Virus record (IMG/VR): IMGVR_UViG_3300028586_000777
Location: 1-31,397 of that record
Length of the DNA: 31,397 nt
Source of the DNA: a virus
Taxonomy: Duplodnaviria > Caudoviricetes
Strand: one strand, 5' to 3'
Shown: positions 16,948 to 25,720 of the stretch, piece after piece
How positions within the stretch are numbered: position 1 is the stretch's first letter
Layout of the letters: each line of letters opens with the position of its first letter
Position numbers and translations under genes: made by a program
Notes under the pieces: model-generated
Told to the model about the DNA's origin: nothing
Databases searched by the model: none
What the model saw: the letters and a program-made list of their open reading frames with translations, nothing else

Positions 16948-17682
16948 ATGGAAGCATTAGAGATTAAACAAAGACGGGAAGAACTGGGGCTGACCCAAAA
17001 AGAACTGGGCGACCTTATAGGTGCGAGCCGCGAGACCATTATTAATTATGAGAAGGGCAGGCCGATACCAAGGAGTAAAAGTGAAATATTGCACAAGGTG
17101 TTAGAGCCTGCGGTGGCTTATGGCAAGGTGGTGGCTAATGAGGAGATTGTTAGTGTGGTAGACGATTTTGAAAATAAGAACGGCAACCGTTTTATACAAC
17201 TGCCCAATGGCCAGTACTACATGCTCATGCCCCTGGCAGAGTTTAATGTGCAGGCGGGTTTTTTGAGCACCTACCAGGATGCTGATTTTTTGATGGATTT
17301 AAGTCAGCATGGCATCCTTGTAGATAAGCCGGTGCAGGGCCGCTATGTGGCGTTCCGCGTAAACGGCGACAGTATGGACGATGGTAGCTCCCGCGCCATT
17401 ACCCGCAACAGCGTAGTGAGCACCCGCGAGCTGCAGCGCCACCACTGGAACGGCAAGCTGCGCTACCGCGATTTCCCGTACTGGGTTATTTACACCACCC
17501 AAAGCAAAATGCCGCTGCTTAAAGAAATTATAGAGCACAATACCGAGGAGGGCTACATTACCTGCCACTCGCTTAACGACAGCCCGGAGTTTACCGATTT
17601 TAAACTGCACCTAAACGACATCCAGGCCCTCTTTTACGTTATAGATGTAAACAGGACGGTGGGTAAAAAGAGTTTTTATTAA
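16948..17682 (+). CDS. CI/LexA-like repressor: XRE HTH plus S24 peptidase
   Basis: IKQRREELGLTQKELGDLIGASRETIINYEKG HTH; Ala-Gly cleavage site VQAGF; catalytic Ser in AFRVNGDSM and Lys in LLKEI; ATG at 16948 preferred. Confidence 0.92.
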   Translation: MEALEIKQRREELGLTQKELGDLIGASRETIINYEKGRPIPRSKSEILHKVLEPAVAYGKVVANEEIVSVVDDFENKNGNRFIQLPNGQYYMLMPLAEFNVQAGFLSTYQDADFLMDLSQHGILVDKPVQGRYVAFRVNGDSMDDGSSRAITRNSVVSTRELQRHHWNGKLRYRDFPYWVIYTTQSKMPLLKEIIEHNTEEGYITCHSLNDSPEFTDFKLHLNDIQALFYVIDVNRTVGKKSFY

Positions 17683-17695
17683 TAAAAATGAAGTC

Positions 17696-18170
17696 ATGAC
17701 TGAATATAATTTTAATGATAAAGTTAAACAAGGAGATGTTATTGTATTTAAACCATCAGATGGAGAAACAGAATATGAAGTTGTTGTAGATGAAAATGCT
17801 GAAACTATATGGGCCTCAGAATTAGAAATAGCAGGAATATTTGGTAAGAATAGAACACTTATTAATAAACATATCCGAAATATATATAAAGAAGGCGAAT
17901 TAGTGGAATATTCAACTAGTGCAAAAAATGCACTAGTTCAAAAAGAACGTGATAGAGAAGTACAAAGAGAAGTTACTTATTATAATTTGGATGTTAATCT
18001 CAATTGGGTATAGAGTTAAATCTAAGATTGCAACAGAATTTAGAAAATGGGCAACAAGTAAATTAAAAGATTATCTCATAAACGGTTATGTACTAAATAA
18101 CGACCTGCTAAAGCAAAAAACAGAAAAAAATGTCGAATTAGAAGATAGGATAAATCAATCATCAACCTAA
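17696..18170 (+). pseudogene. Frameshifted, truncated RhuM-family DNA-binding protein
   Basis: One frame gives ETIWAS...IFG...INKHIRNIYKEGEL...YYNLDV and another continues ISIGYRVKS..ATEFRKWAT..LKDYLINGY; the family motif YNLDVIISVGYRV is broken at about 17996. Confidence 0.8.
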
Positions 18171-18349
18171 TTAAAAATTAGAAGGTACTAAGCAATTAAG
18201 GCAGGTGCGTGCACCCTAAAAATCAAACTTCAATTGTACTGCAACCGCTTTCTTCTCCCCTGCTTCATTATTTAAATTAGACAGCGAAATACCCAGCAGC
18301 CGTACCTAATCTTTAGGGCGTTCCTGGTACAACAGTTTTTTAGTAGCTT

Positions 18350-20094
18350 CTAAAATCTACATTCTGAAATCTAAAATCAACTCACTGCAACACCCACTTC
18401 AGCACTTTACTAAAATACCCATCGTACCTTTGCAGAAGAAGATTTTGACCACTAAGTGCATGAGATAAGCACACACAAAGACCACAAAGAAAAACGCTTT
18501 AAGACACAAGGCTGTGCGGAAAAGCATTACAACCTCACCCCTAACCCCTCTCCAAAGGAGAGGGGGAACTCAGGCCGGCTTACTCCAACGAAAATCAATT
18601 CAGCAAGAGTGTAGCTGCTCCCCTCTCCTCCGGAGAGGGGTTGGGGGTGAGGACTTGCTCTAACCAAAGCAGGATTGCAGCTAAATCTGAAATCAACACT
18701 CTGAACCTTAAATCAACTCACTGCAACACGCGTTTCAGCACTCTACCAAAATACCCGCCGTATCTTCGCAGAGAAATTTACCACTAAGTGCACAAATATA
18801 AGCACACCCAAAGACTACAAAGAAAAACGCTTTGCTTTAGGACACAAGGCTCTGCGGAAAAGCATTACAACCTCACCCCTAACCCCTCTCCTTCGGAGAG
18901 GGGAACTCAGGCCGGCTTACTCCAACGAAAATCAATTCAGCAAGAGTGTAGCTGCTCCCTTCTCCTTCGGAGAGGGGCTGGGGGTGAGGACTTGCTCTAA
19001 CCAAAGCACGATTGCAGCTAAATCTAAACTCTGAAATCTTAAATCAACTCACTGCAACACGCGTTTCAGCACTCTACTAAAATACCCGCCGTAGCTTTGC
19101 AGAAGAAGATTTTGACCACTAAGTGCACGAAGATAAGCACACCCAAAGATCACAAAGAAAAACACTTCGCTTTATGATACAAGGCTTTGCGGAGAAGCAT
19201 TACAACCTCACCCCTAACCCCTCTCCAAAGGAGAGGGGCAACTCAGGCCGGCTTACTCCAACGAAAATCAATTCAGCAAGAGTGTAGCTGCTCCCCTCTC
19301 CTTCGGAGAGGGGCCGGGGGTGAGGACTTGCTCTAACCAAAGCAGGATTGCAGCTAAATCTAAAATCTACATTCTTAAATCAATTCACTGCAAAACCCGC
19401 TTCAGCACTTTACTAAAATACCCACCGTACCTTTGCAAATCAAGATTTTGACCACTAAGTGCACGAAGATAAGCACACACAAAGAACACAAAGAAAAACG
19501 CTTTGCTTTAGGACACAAGGCTCTGCGGAAAAGCATTACAACCTCACCCCTAACCCCTCTCCGAAGGAGAGGGGAACTCAGGCCGGCTTACTCCAACGAA
19601 AATCAATTCAGCAAGAGTGTAGCTGCTCCCCTCTCCTTCGGAGAGGGGCTGGGGGTGAGGACTTGCTCTAACCAAAGCAGGATTGCAGCTAAACTCTTAA
19701 ATCTTAAATCAACTCACTGCAACACCCACTTCAGCACTTTACTAAAATACCCATCGTACCTTTGCAGAAGAAGATTCTGACCACTAAGTGCACGAAGATA
19801 AGCACACACAAAGACCACAAAGAAAAACGCTTCGCTTTAGGACACAAGGCTGTGCGGAAAAGCATTACAACCTCACCCCTAACCCCTCTCCGAAGGAGAG
19901 GGGAACTCAGGCCGGCTCACTCCAACGAAAATCAATTCAGCAAGAGTGTAGCTGCTCCCCTCTCCTTCGGAGAGGGGCTGGGGGTGAGGACTTGCTCTAA
20001 CCAAAGCAGGATTGCAGCTAAATCTAAAATCTTAAATCAACTCACTGCAACACCCGCTTCAGTACTTTACTAAAACACCTACCGTACCTTTGCA
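18350..20094 (+). repeat. Tandem array of five ~330 bp units plus a partial sixth
   Basis: Anchor AAATCAA(C/T)TCACTGCAA starts at 18374, 18710, 19041, 19377, 19706 and 20034 (periods 336, 331, 336, 329, 328). Each full unit has a TAnnTTTG-like box, a CACAAAG-rich element and an inverted pair of CCCCTCTCC/GGAGAGGGG REPs. Confidence 0.95.
20085..20092 (+). promoter_or_regulatory. -7 box TACCTTTG, probable promoter of the head/lysis operon
   Basis: Matches TAnnTTTG, about 106 nt upstream of the protease ATG; no canonical -33 TTG at 19 nt. Confidence 0.6.
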
Positions 20095-20198
20095 TCATCA
20101 AAACAAAAAACCTTTATAGCTATAAAGCCTTTTTAATTCTTCCCTCCATATTTCTTCCGCTTTCAATCATTCAATATTTCAGTAGTTAAATAAAATGG

Positions 20199-21221
20199 AT
20201 GACAGGAAACATTTATATCTCCGGCCAGATAGGCACGTTCGACGGTACAACCGGCGTAGCGCTTATAGACGTGGTAAGCCAGGTAAAAAAGCAGCCTGAA
20301 GCCACCGCCTACAATGTGCACATAAACAGCGAGGGCGGACTGGTAGATGTGGGTTTCGACATTTACCACTACCTAAAATCGCTTAAAAAGCCCCTTACCA
20401 CCATAGGCAGCGGCATTGTAGCCAGCATAGCCACCGTAATTTTTATGGCAGGCGATAAACGGCAGGTGCGCGAAAACACCCCGTTCATGATTCACCTTCC
20501 CTGGGGCGGGTCTATGGGTACGGCAGACGAACTCGAACAGTTTGCCGACCAGCTTCGTGCCATAGAAAAAAAGATGGTGGGCTTTTACAAAAAAACGCTC
20601 AACGTGCAGGAGCAGGCTATTATGCCGCTCCTTAAAAACGAAACGTGGCTTACGGGCAGGCAGCTTGCCGCCCTGGGCTTTACTACCTCGCGGCAGGTTA
20701 AGGCCGCAGCAAAAGCTTTCATTAACCCCAACTCTACTATGAGAGGAACATTTACCGACAACGACAGGCACTGGATGGAAGGCCTGTTTACTAAAGTACT
20801 GGGCAAGTTTAAAAGCGCTCACATTTTTAACAAAGTAGTGCAGGATGCCACGGGTGCCGAACTTGATTTTACCGACCTGCCCGATGATGCAGTGATCGAA
20901 ATTGGCGCTACCGCCACCGTAGACGGTGCTCCTGCCGAAGGCGAATACCTGCTGCCCGATGGCTACACCTATGTGTTTGAAGCCGGAGAACTGACAGAGA
21001 TCATTGAGCCCGAAGAGGATGCCGAAGCAGCATCGCTACGTGTAGAGAACAAGGCTTTAAAACGCCAGCTTAACACCATAAAAAGCGAGGTACTGGCACT
21101 AAAAAGGCAGGTAACAAGCACCTTTAGTGTAGATGGTAAAAAGGTGGCACAACGCAGGGCGGGTGATACCGACAGGCTGGCCGGAATGAAAGAATATTTG
21201 AAACAAAACACCCGTAAATAA
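20199..21221 (+). CDS. ClpP-like prohead protease with C-terminal scaffold-like region
   Basis: VHINSEGG.V..G, VASIAT.IFMAG (catalytic Ser), FMIHLP (His), ETWL motifs of S14 proteases; acidic and coiled-coil C-terminus; TAATG coupling to the capsid gene. Confidence 0.9.
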   Translation: MTGNIYISGQIGTFDGTTGVALIDVVSQVKKQPEATAYNVHINSEGGLVDVGFDIYHYLKSLKKPLTTIGSGIVASIATVIFMAGDKRQVRENTPFMIHLPWGGSMGTADELEQFADQLRAIEKKMVGFYKKTLNVQEQAIMPLLKNETWLTGRQLAALGFTTSRQVKAAAKAFINPNSTMRGTFTDNDRHWMEGLFTKVLGKFKSAHIFNKVVQDATGAELDFTDLPDDAVIEIGATATVDGAPAEGEYLLPDGYTYVFEAGELTEIIEPEEDAEAASLRVENKALKRQLNTIKSEVLALKRQVTSTFSVDGKKVAQRRAGDTDRLAGMKEYLKQNTRK

Positions 21222-22279
21222 TGAGCGTTATTAATGCAGAAGGATTAACACTACACGCCCGTGAGGCCGAAACGGTAAGCGAGGTAATTTTTGCAAGGGT
21301 TTTTAACGAAAGCGACCTTGCCGAATACCACGAGATAGAAACGGGTATTGATGTAAACACCCAGATTGCTTTTGCCGGAAGGCTTGGCCTGCTGGGTAAA
21401 AAAACGGTGGGGTGCCAGCCCAATGAAGCAGGCGGTTTTGCCCTGACCGAGAAATTCTGGACACCGGTGCTGGAAGATTTCAGGCTTAGGCATTGCCAGG
21501 CAGATATGCCGGCTTTGTTTAAAATGTTCAGGAAATCGCAGCGCATAAACCCCGACTTTTTTGATGCTGTAGGCTCGCAGGAGTTTGGCGTAATTATATC
21601 GGCGGTAGAGACGGCCCTGCAGGAAAACATTCACCGCAAGGTGTGGTTTAACGATACGGCGGCGGCCACTACGGCAAACGGCGGCGTGTTTAAAGTGGGT
21701 ACAGATCTTGATTACTTTAACTCCTTTAACGGCCTCTTTAAGCAACTGTTTACTGCGGTTACTGCCGGTAAAGTTACCCGTGTGCCCATAGATGTTAACA
21801 CCGGTGCGGGGTACAATGCGCAGGCTCTTGCTGCCGATGCTGCCATTGGTATTTTCGAAAAAATGGTAACCGGTGCCGATGAAAGGCTTGTTGCCGCCGA
21901 TGACGCTTTTATACTGGCATCGCGCTCCCTAGCCGATAATTACCGTGCTACGCTGCGCAACAAGAACTTAGGTTCGGGCTTTATGGAAGTTACAGAGGGT
22001 GGCCGCCCTAAACTGTTGTTTGACGGTATAGAGGTTAAAGTGCGCTACGACTGGGACCGCTACATTAAAACCTACCAGGACAACGGTACTAAATACAACC
22101 TGCCACACAGGGCGGTATTTACTACTAAAAGCAACATTCCCGTAGGTACGCTTAGCGACGCCGACCTCTCTAAACTGGATGTGTTTTATGACAAAACCCT
22201 TAAAACCAATTTTATGGATGCTGCCTATACTATTGATGTCAAACTACTGGAAGAATATATGGTGGTAGCGGCTTATTAA
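21221..22279 (+). CDS. Major capsid protein
   Basis: 352 aa directly after the protease; size, position and FNSFNGLFKQL / R.VWF.D motifs fit Bacteroidota HK97-fold capsids. Confidence 0.8.
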   Translation: MSVINAEGLTLHAREAETVSEVIFARVFNESDLAEYHEIETGIDVNTQIAFAGRLGLLGKKTVGCQPNEAGGFALTEKFWTPVLEDFRLRHCQADMPALFKMFRKSQRINPDFFDAVGSQEFGVIISAVETALQENIHRKVWFNDTAAATTANGGVFKVGTDLDYFNSFNGLFKQLFTAVTAGKVTRVPIDVNTGAGYNAQALAADAAIGIFEKMVTGADERLVAADDAFILASRSLADNYRATLRNKNLGSGFMEVTEGGRPKLLFDGIEVKVRYDWDRYIKTYQDNGTKYNLPHRAVFTTKSNIPVGTLSDADLSKLDVFYDKTLKTNFMDAAYTIDVKLLEEYMVVAAY

Positions 22280-22283
22280 AGCG

Positions 22284-22946
22284 GCCTCACCCCTAACCCC
22301 TCTCCAATGGAGAGGGGAACCCGGCACGGAATTTAGTATGTACCGACTTTCCTTTTTACAATTATATATAAATAAAAGTGAGCATAAATGAGTGAAGCTA
22401 AGGCCTTAAACTTCGTTGCGTTAAGCAAAATATAAGTTGAGGCGTTAAAAATCATTTGCTGTCTGAGCGCAGCGAGCCTGCCTGCCGGCATAGGCAGGTT
22501 CAAATGATTTAGCCAATGCTTATAATTTGTAGCATAAGAAGTTAGAGCCTTGAACTTTTGCTTCTTTTGTTTCAAGACAAAAGAAGAGGCTAAAGATAAT
22601 TGAGATGTGTTTACACGAGCGGAGAGTAACTAAAATGCCGGGGGATGTTTTATTATAACCTCACCCCTAACCCCTCTCCAAAGGAGAGGGGAACTTGGAT
22701 GGCTGACTCAAACAGCTTCAATCATAATAGAGAAATCTTGACGATTAGTGAGAAGAGATTCCTCTATTTCGCTGCGCTGCATTCGGAATGACACTCAGAG
22801 CCGCTAATTCATTTGCATTATTATGAGTGTAGCTGCTACCCTCTCCTTCGGAGACGGGCTGGGGGTGAGGACTATTATAATCGCTTCGTGCCTCGAGATA
22901 ACGGGTAAATCCGCGGTAATCCGCCAAATCCGTGTCATCCGCGTTT
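22284..22946. repeat. Cluster of REP/MITE-like elements between the capsid and major tail genes
   Basis: CCTCACCCCTAACCCCTCTCC-N3-GGAGAGGGG at 22285-22320 and 22657-22694 with inverted partner 22824-22873; long hairpin 22400-22551; 10 bp hairpin 22561-22586; GAGATTCC...GGAATGACA 22755-22792; ATCCG repeats 22907-22946. Confidence 0.85.
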
Positions 22947-22999
22947 CAAATTATTCTTCAATAATACTTCCACAAGAATTCAACAAAAATCAAAACAAC

Positions 23000-23599
23000 A
23001 TGCCCATAGATTGCACAGGAATTTTAACTGCAGATATTCACTTCGATTGTATTAATGCGCCAGTAGGCGGTATAGAGCAAAATGTAGTGCTCATTAATAA
23101 AGACGATATAGACCTTTCCGCCACTACGCTGGGTACAGATAACAGGCTACAGGTAACGCAAATACAGCTTAAGCCCGGCAAGACAGGCTATCAGCTTACG
23201 GGTGTTAAGCAAAGCAACGGCAAGGCGTGGGAACTGGTTAAAAAAGAAAACGCGCCCGATAAGTTTAAGCACACCTTTAGCGGCGTGATCTTTAACCCCA
23301 GCCTGGCTAACAAAACACAGGCCGATAACCTTAGCAAAGGTGGTAAGTATGTGGTGGTTATAGAGCAGGTATGGAAAGGTGGTGCCAATGCCGATGCTTT
23401 TGAGGTACTGGGTTACCACTCCGGCCTCGAGCTTACTACCATGACTAACAGCTCTAAAGAGAATGATAACATGATCATGTTCGAACTGGCATCGGCCGAT
23501 GGTTTTGAAGAGACTACCATGCCTAAAACCTACTTTAAAGAAGCCGAAGCATACGGAATCAGGAAAGCGCTCTTTGACAATAATTTTATTGAGGCGTAA
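23000..23599 (+). CDS. Major tail (tube) protein, 199 aa
   Basis: ATG at 23000 after an A-rich leader; C...VGGIE..V.LIN..DI, F.HT, FEVLG...GL motifs typical of Bacteroidota siphophage tube proteins. The ORF-track extension from 22823 is REP-derived. Confidence 0.7.
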   Translation: MPIDCTGILTADIHFDCINAPVGGIEQNVVLINKDDIDLSATTLGTDNRLQVTQIQLKPGKTGYQLTGVKQSNGKAWELVKKENAPDKFKHTFSGVIFNPSLANKTQADNLSKGGKYVVVIEQVWKGGANADAFEVLGYHSGLELTTMTNSSKENDNMIMFELASADGFEETTMPKTYFKEAEAYGIRKALFDNNFIEA

Positions 23600-23608
23600 C
23601 CTCCCCTC

Positions 23609-24097
23609 ATGAATTTTACCACTATGGATATTGCCACCCTTACCCAGTCTGTTACGGGTAAGGGTGTGCCATACCTGGAGCTGTTTCTTAAAGAATACAC
23701 CTCCCTTTTTGGCGGGCCGGTTAACCCCTCCTGCCCTAAATGCCTAACCGCGTACTTAACCAACTATCAAAACCATTTTAAAGCCATGCAAAACACCTGC
23801 GAATATAAACTACACAAAAAATACGAAAACATACCGTTGCAGTTTGGCTCGCCCATACTGGTTAACAACAGCAACATCACTAATGAGTATGCCGAAACAC
23901 TCCTGCAACAGCCCAACGGCATGAGGTTTTTTGCAGAGATACCATCTGCAGGCGATCCTTTCGAAGAGGCAATTGCATTGACCGATGAGAGCCTGATTCC
24001 CGAAGAAGACGAAGAGCCAATACCCGATTTAGTCGAACAAACCCCGCTGGAGGGAAGCGATGATCCCGAGATTTTAGAAACCGGCCAACCCGAATGA
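23609..24097 (+). CDS. Hypothetical protein with CxxC and acidic tail
   Basis: 162 aa; SCPKC motif; Asp/Glu/Pro-rich C-terminus; ATGA overlap with the portal gene. Confidence 0.65.
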   Translation: MNFTTMDIATLTQSVTGKGVPYLELFLKEYTSLFGGPVNPSCPKCLTAYLTNYQNHFKAMQNTCEYKLHKKYENIPLQFGSPILVNNSNITNEYAETLLQQPNGMRFFAEIPSAGDPFEEAIALTDESLIPEEDEEPIPDLVEQTPLEGSDDPEILETGQPE

Positions 24098-25248
24098 GGA
24101 CTCTTTTAATAGATGTGTGGAAAAGGCTAACACCCTGGAGCAAGAGCGCCGATGTGTATGCCAATGATGTAGATAATGCGTACCCTGAACGCATGGACAG
24201 GCTGATTAACAACAGTGTTACGGCAAAGAGCGCTGCGGCTATTATGGTGCAGTACCTCATTGGTAAAGGGTATGGTACCGATGCCGATAGCATTATCATA
24301 AACAAAGAAAAAAACCTGAAGCTGATAGATTTTGCCGATGATGTGGCCGACGACCTTGTTAAACAACGCGGCGTGTTTATTCACATAAACTGGAATGCCC
24401 TGTACCAGATTGCCGATTGCAGCGTGGTGCCTTATGAGTGGTGCCGCATAGGCAAAAAAGACAGTAACGACTATGCCGGCAAAATAGCCATAAGTAAAGA
24501 ATGGCTTAAGCCAAAGCGCAGCGAAATAGAACTGGTAGACGTTTACAATCCGCGTAAAGCGGTGATAGATGCACAGGTAGAAAAGGCAGGCGGCTGGGAG
24601 CATTACAAAGGCCAGTTACTGTTCATAAACATGGATACCAAACTTATTTATCCGCTGTCGCGCATCGATTCGGTTTCCGAAGACTGCGATAGCGAGGCGC
24701 AGGCATCCATCTACAAAAACAAGCTTTTAAGAAAGGGCTTTTTTGGCAATACGCTGGTGGTTACACGTCCGCTTGTAGGCGAAGGCCTCGAGCCCGGCAG
24801 CACCGCGCTAACCGAAGCAGAGAGTGAGCGGGAGCGCTTTCAGCAGGCTATAAAAGACAGCCTTGGTGCACAAAACACCGGTGGCGTGCTGTGCCTTGAA
24901 ATGGATTTTGCCGGAGAGAAACTGGACGATGCCATATTGATAAAACAGATAGAAAGCAAGATAGACGACAAGCTATTTAACTATACCGAGACCAGCGTGC
25001 GCGAAAATATACTGGTGGCGTTTAACAACCTCCCGGCAGGACTCATAAAGACTAATGACTCGGCGCTATTTGGCAATTCGGGCGAGGCCATCCGCGAGAT
25101 GAAACGCACCTATTGGGAAAACACAAACAAGGAGCGCAACCTTTTAACAGCGGTCATTAATCAATTATTGCAGCGGTCGCAAGACTATGCGAGCCTTATT
25201 GTACAACCCCAAAAACTGATAGACGATGCAACCCCTGATAACCCGTAG
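24094..25248 (+). CDS. Portal protein
   Basis: 384 aa; DNAYP..M..LINNS.TA, YL.GKG, G..N.G.VL, I..AF...P.L...... motifs of Bacteroidota phage portals; followed by the adaptor gene. Confidence 0.8.
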   Translation: MRTLLIDVWKRLTPWSKSADVYANDVDNAYPERMDRLINNSVTAKSAAAIMVQYLIGKGYGTDADSIIINKEKNLKLIDFADDVADDLVKQRGVFIHINWNALYQIADCSVVPYEWCRIGKKDSNDYAGKIAISKEWLKPKRSEIELVDVYNPRKAVIDAQVEKAGGWEHYKGQLLFINMDTKLIYPLSRIDSVSEDCDSEAQASIYKNKLLRKGFFGNTLVVTRPLVGEGLEPGSTALTEAESERERFQQAIKDSLGAQNTGGVLCLEMDFAGEKLDDAILIKQIESKIDDKLFNYTETSVRENILVAFNNLPAGLIKTNDSALFGNSGEAIREMKRTYWENTNKERNLLTAVINQLLQRSQDYASLIVQPQKLIDDATPDNP

Positions 25249-25720
25249 CGACATTGCACGCTACAAGCAAATATCTAAAACGCCGTATGACGATAAGCTG
25301 CATGAGCAAATACTCGATGCGCAGCTGCTGGACCTTCAGCCGCTCATTGGCGAAAGCTTTTTCAACAAAATACTTTCTGCCCCCGAAGATTACGCCGACC
25401 TTTTAGAAGGCTGTATTTATGAGCACGACGGCATAAGCTATACCAATTATGGGCTCAGCATGGTACTTACCTACTTTGCTTATGCACGATACATGATGTT
25501 CTCAGGCGCTACAGACACACCATTTTCGGTAGTCGAAAAACTAAGCGACAGCAGCAGGCCGGTAGAGACATCGGCTAAAAAAACATTGTATACCCTTAAC
25601 CGGGAGGCAGCCGTGCAGGTGTGGGAAAATGTAAAAAATTACCTTTTGCGCACGGCACACCCCGATTATAAAACCTGCAAAACAAAGCAGGGCGGATTTC
25701 GATTTAAAAAAATAGGCTAA
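25226..25720 (+). CDS. Head-tail adaptor/connector (DUF6712-like)
   Basis: 164 aa; I.DAQ..DL.PLIGE.FF..I and L.YFAYARY motifs; overlaps the portal end. Confidence 0.7.
   Translation: MQPLITRSDIARYKQISKTPYDDKLHEQILDAQLLDLQPLIGESFFNKILSAPEDYADLLEGCIYEHDGISYTNYGLSMVLTYFAYARYMMFSGATDTPFSVVEKLSDSSRPVETSAKKTLYTLNREAAVQVWENVKNYLLRTAHPDYKTCKTKQGGFRFKKIG

Noticed and set aside
18788-20073. Repeated 70-115 aa ORFs in the array (18788, 19433, 19459, 19762, 19788)
   Set aside because: GTG/TTG starts, translation of REP palindromes (SPLTPLRRRG, PLSFGEGLGVR), and frames broken by indels in other units.
18350-20094. Array as a CRISPR locus
   Set aside because: The period is ~330 bp and the whole unit is repeated; there are no unique spacers and no cas genes in the window.
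22333-22927. Minus-strand ORFs 22333-22575 and 22745-22927
   Set aside because: Both lie within palindromic repeat elements, antisense to the operon.
22823-22999. 59 aa N-terminal extension of the major tail ORF
   Set aside because: It is translated from REP sequence; ATG 23000 has a typical A-rich leader and starts the recognisable domain.
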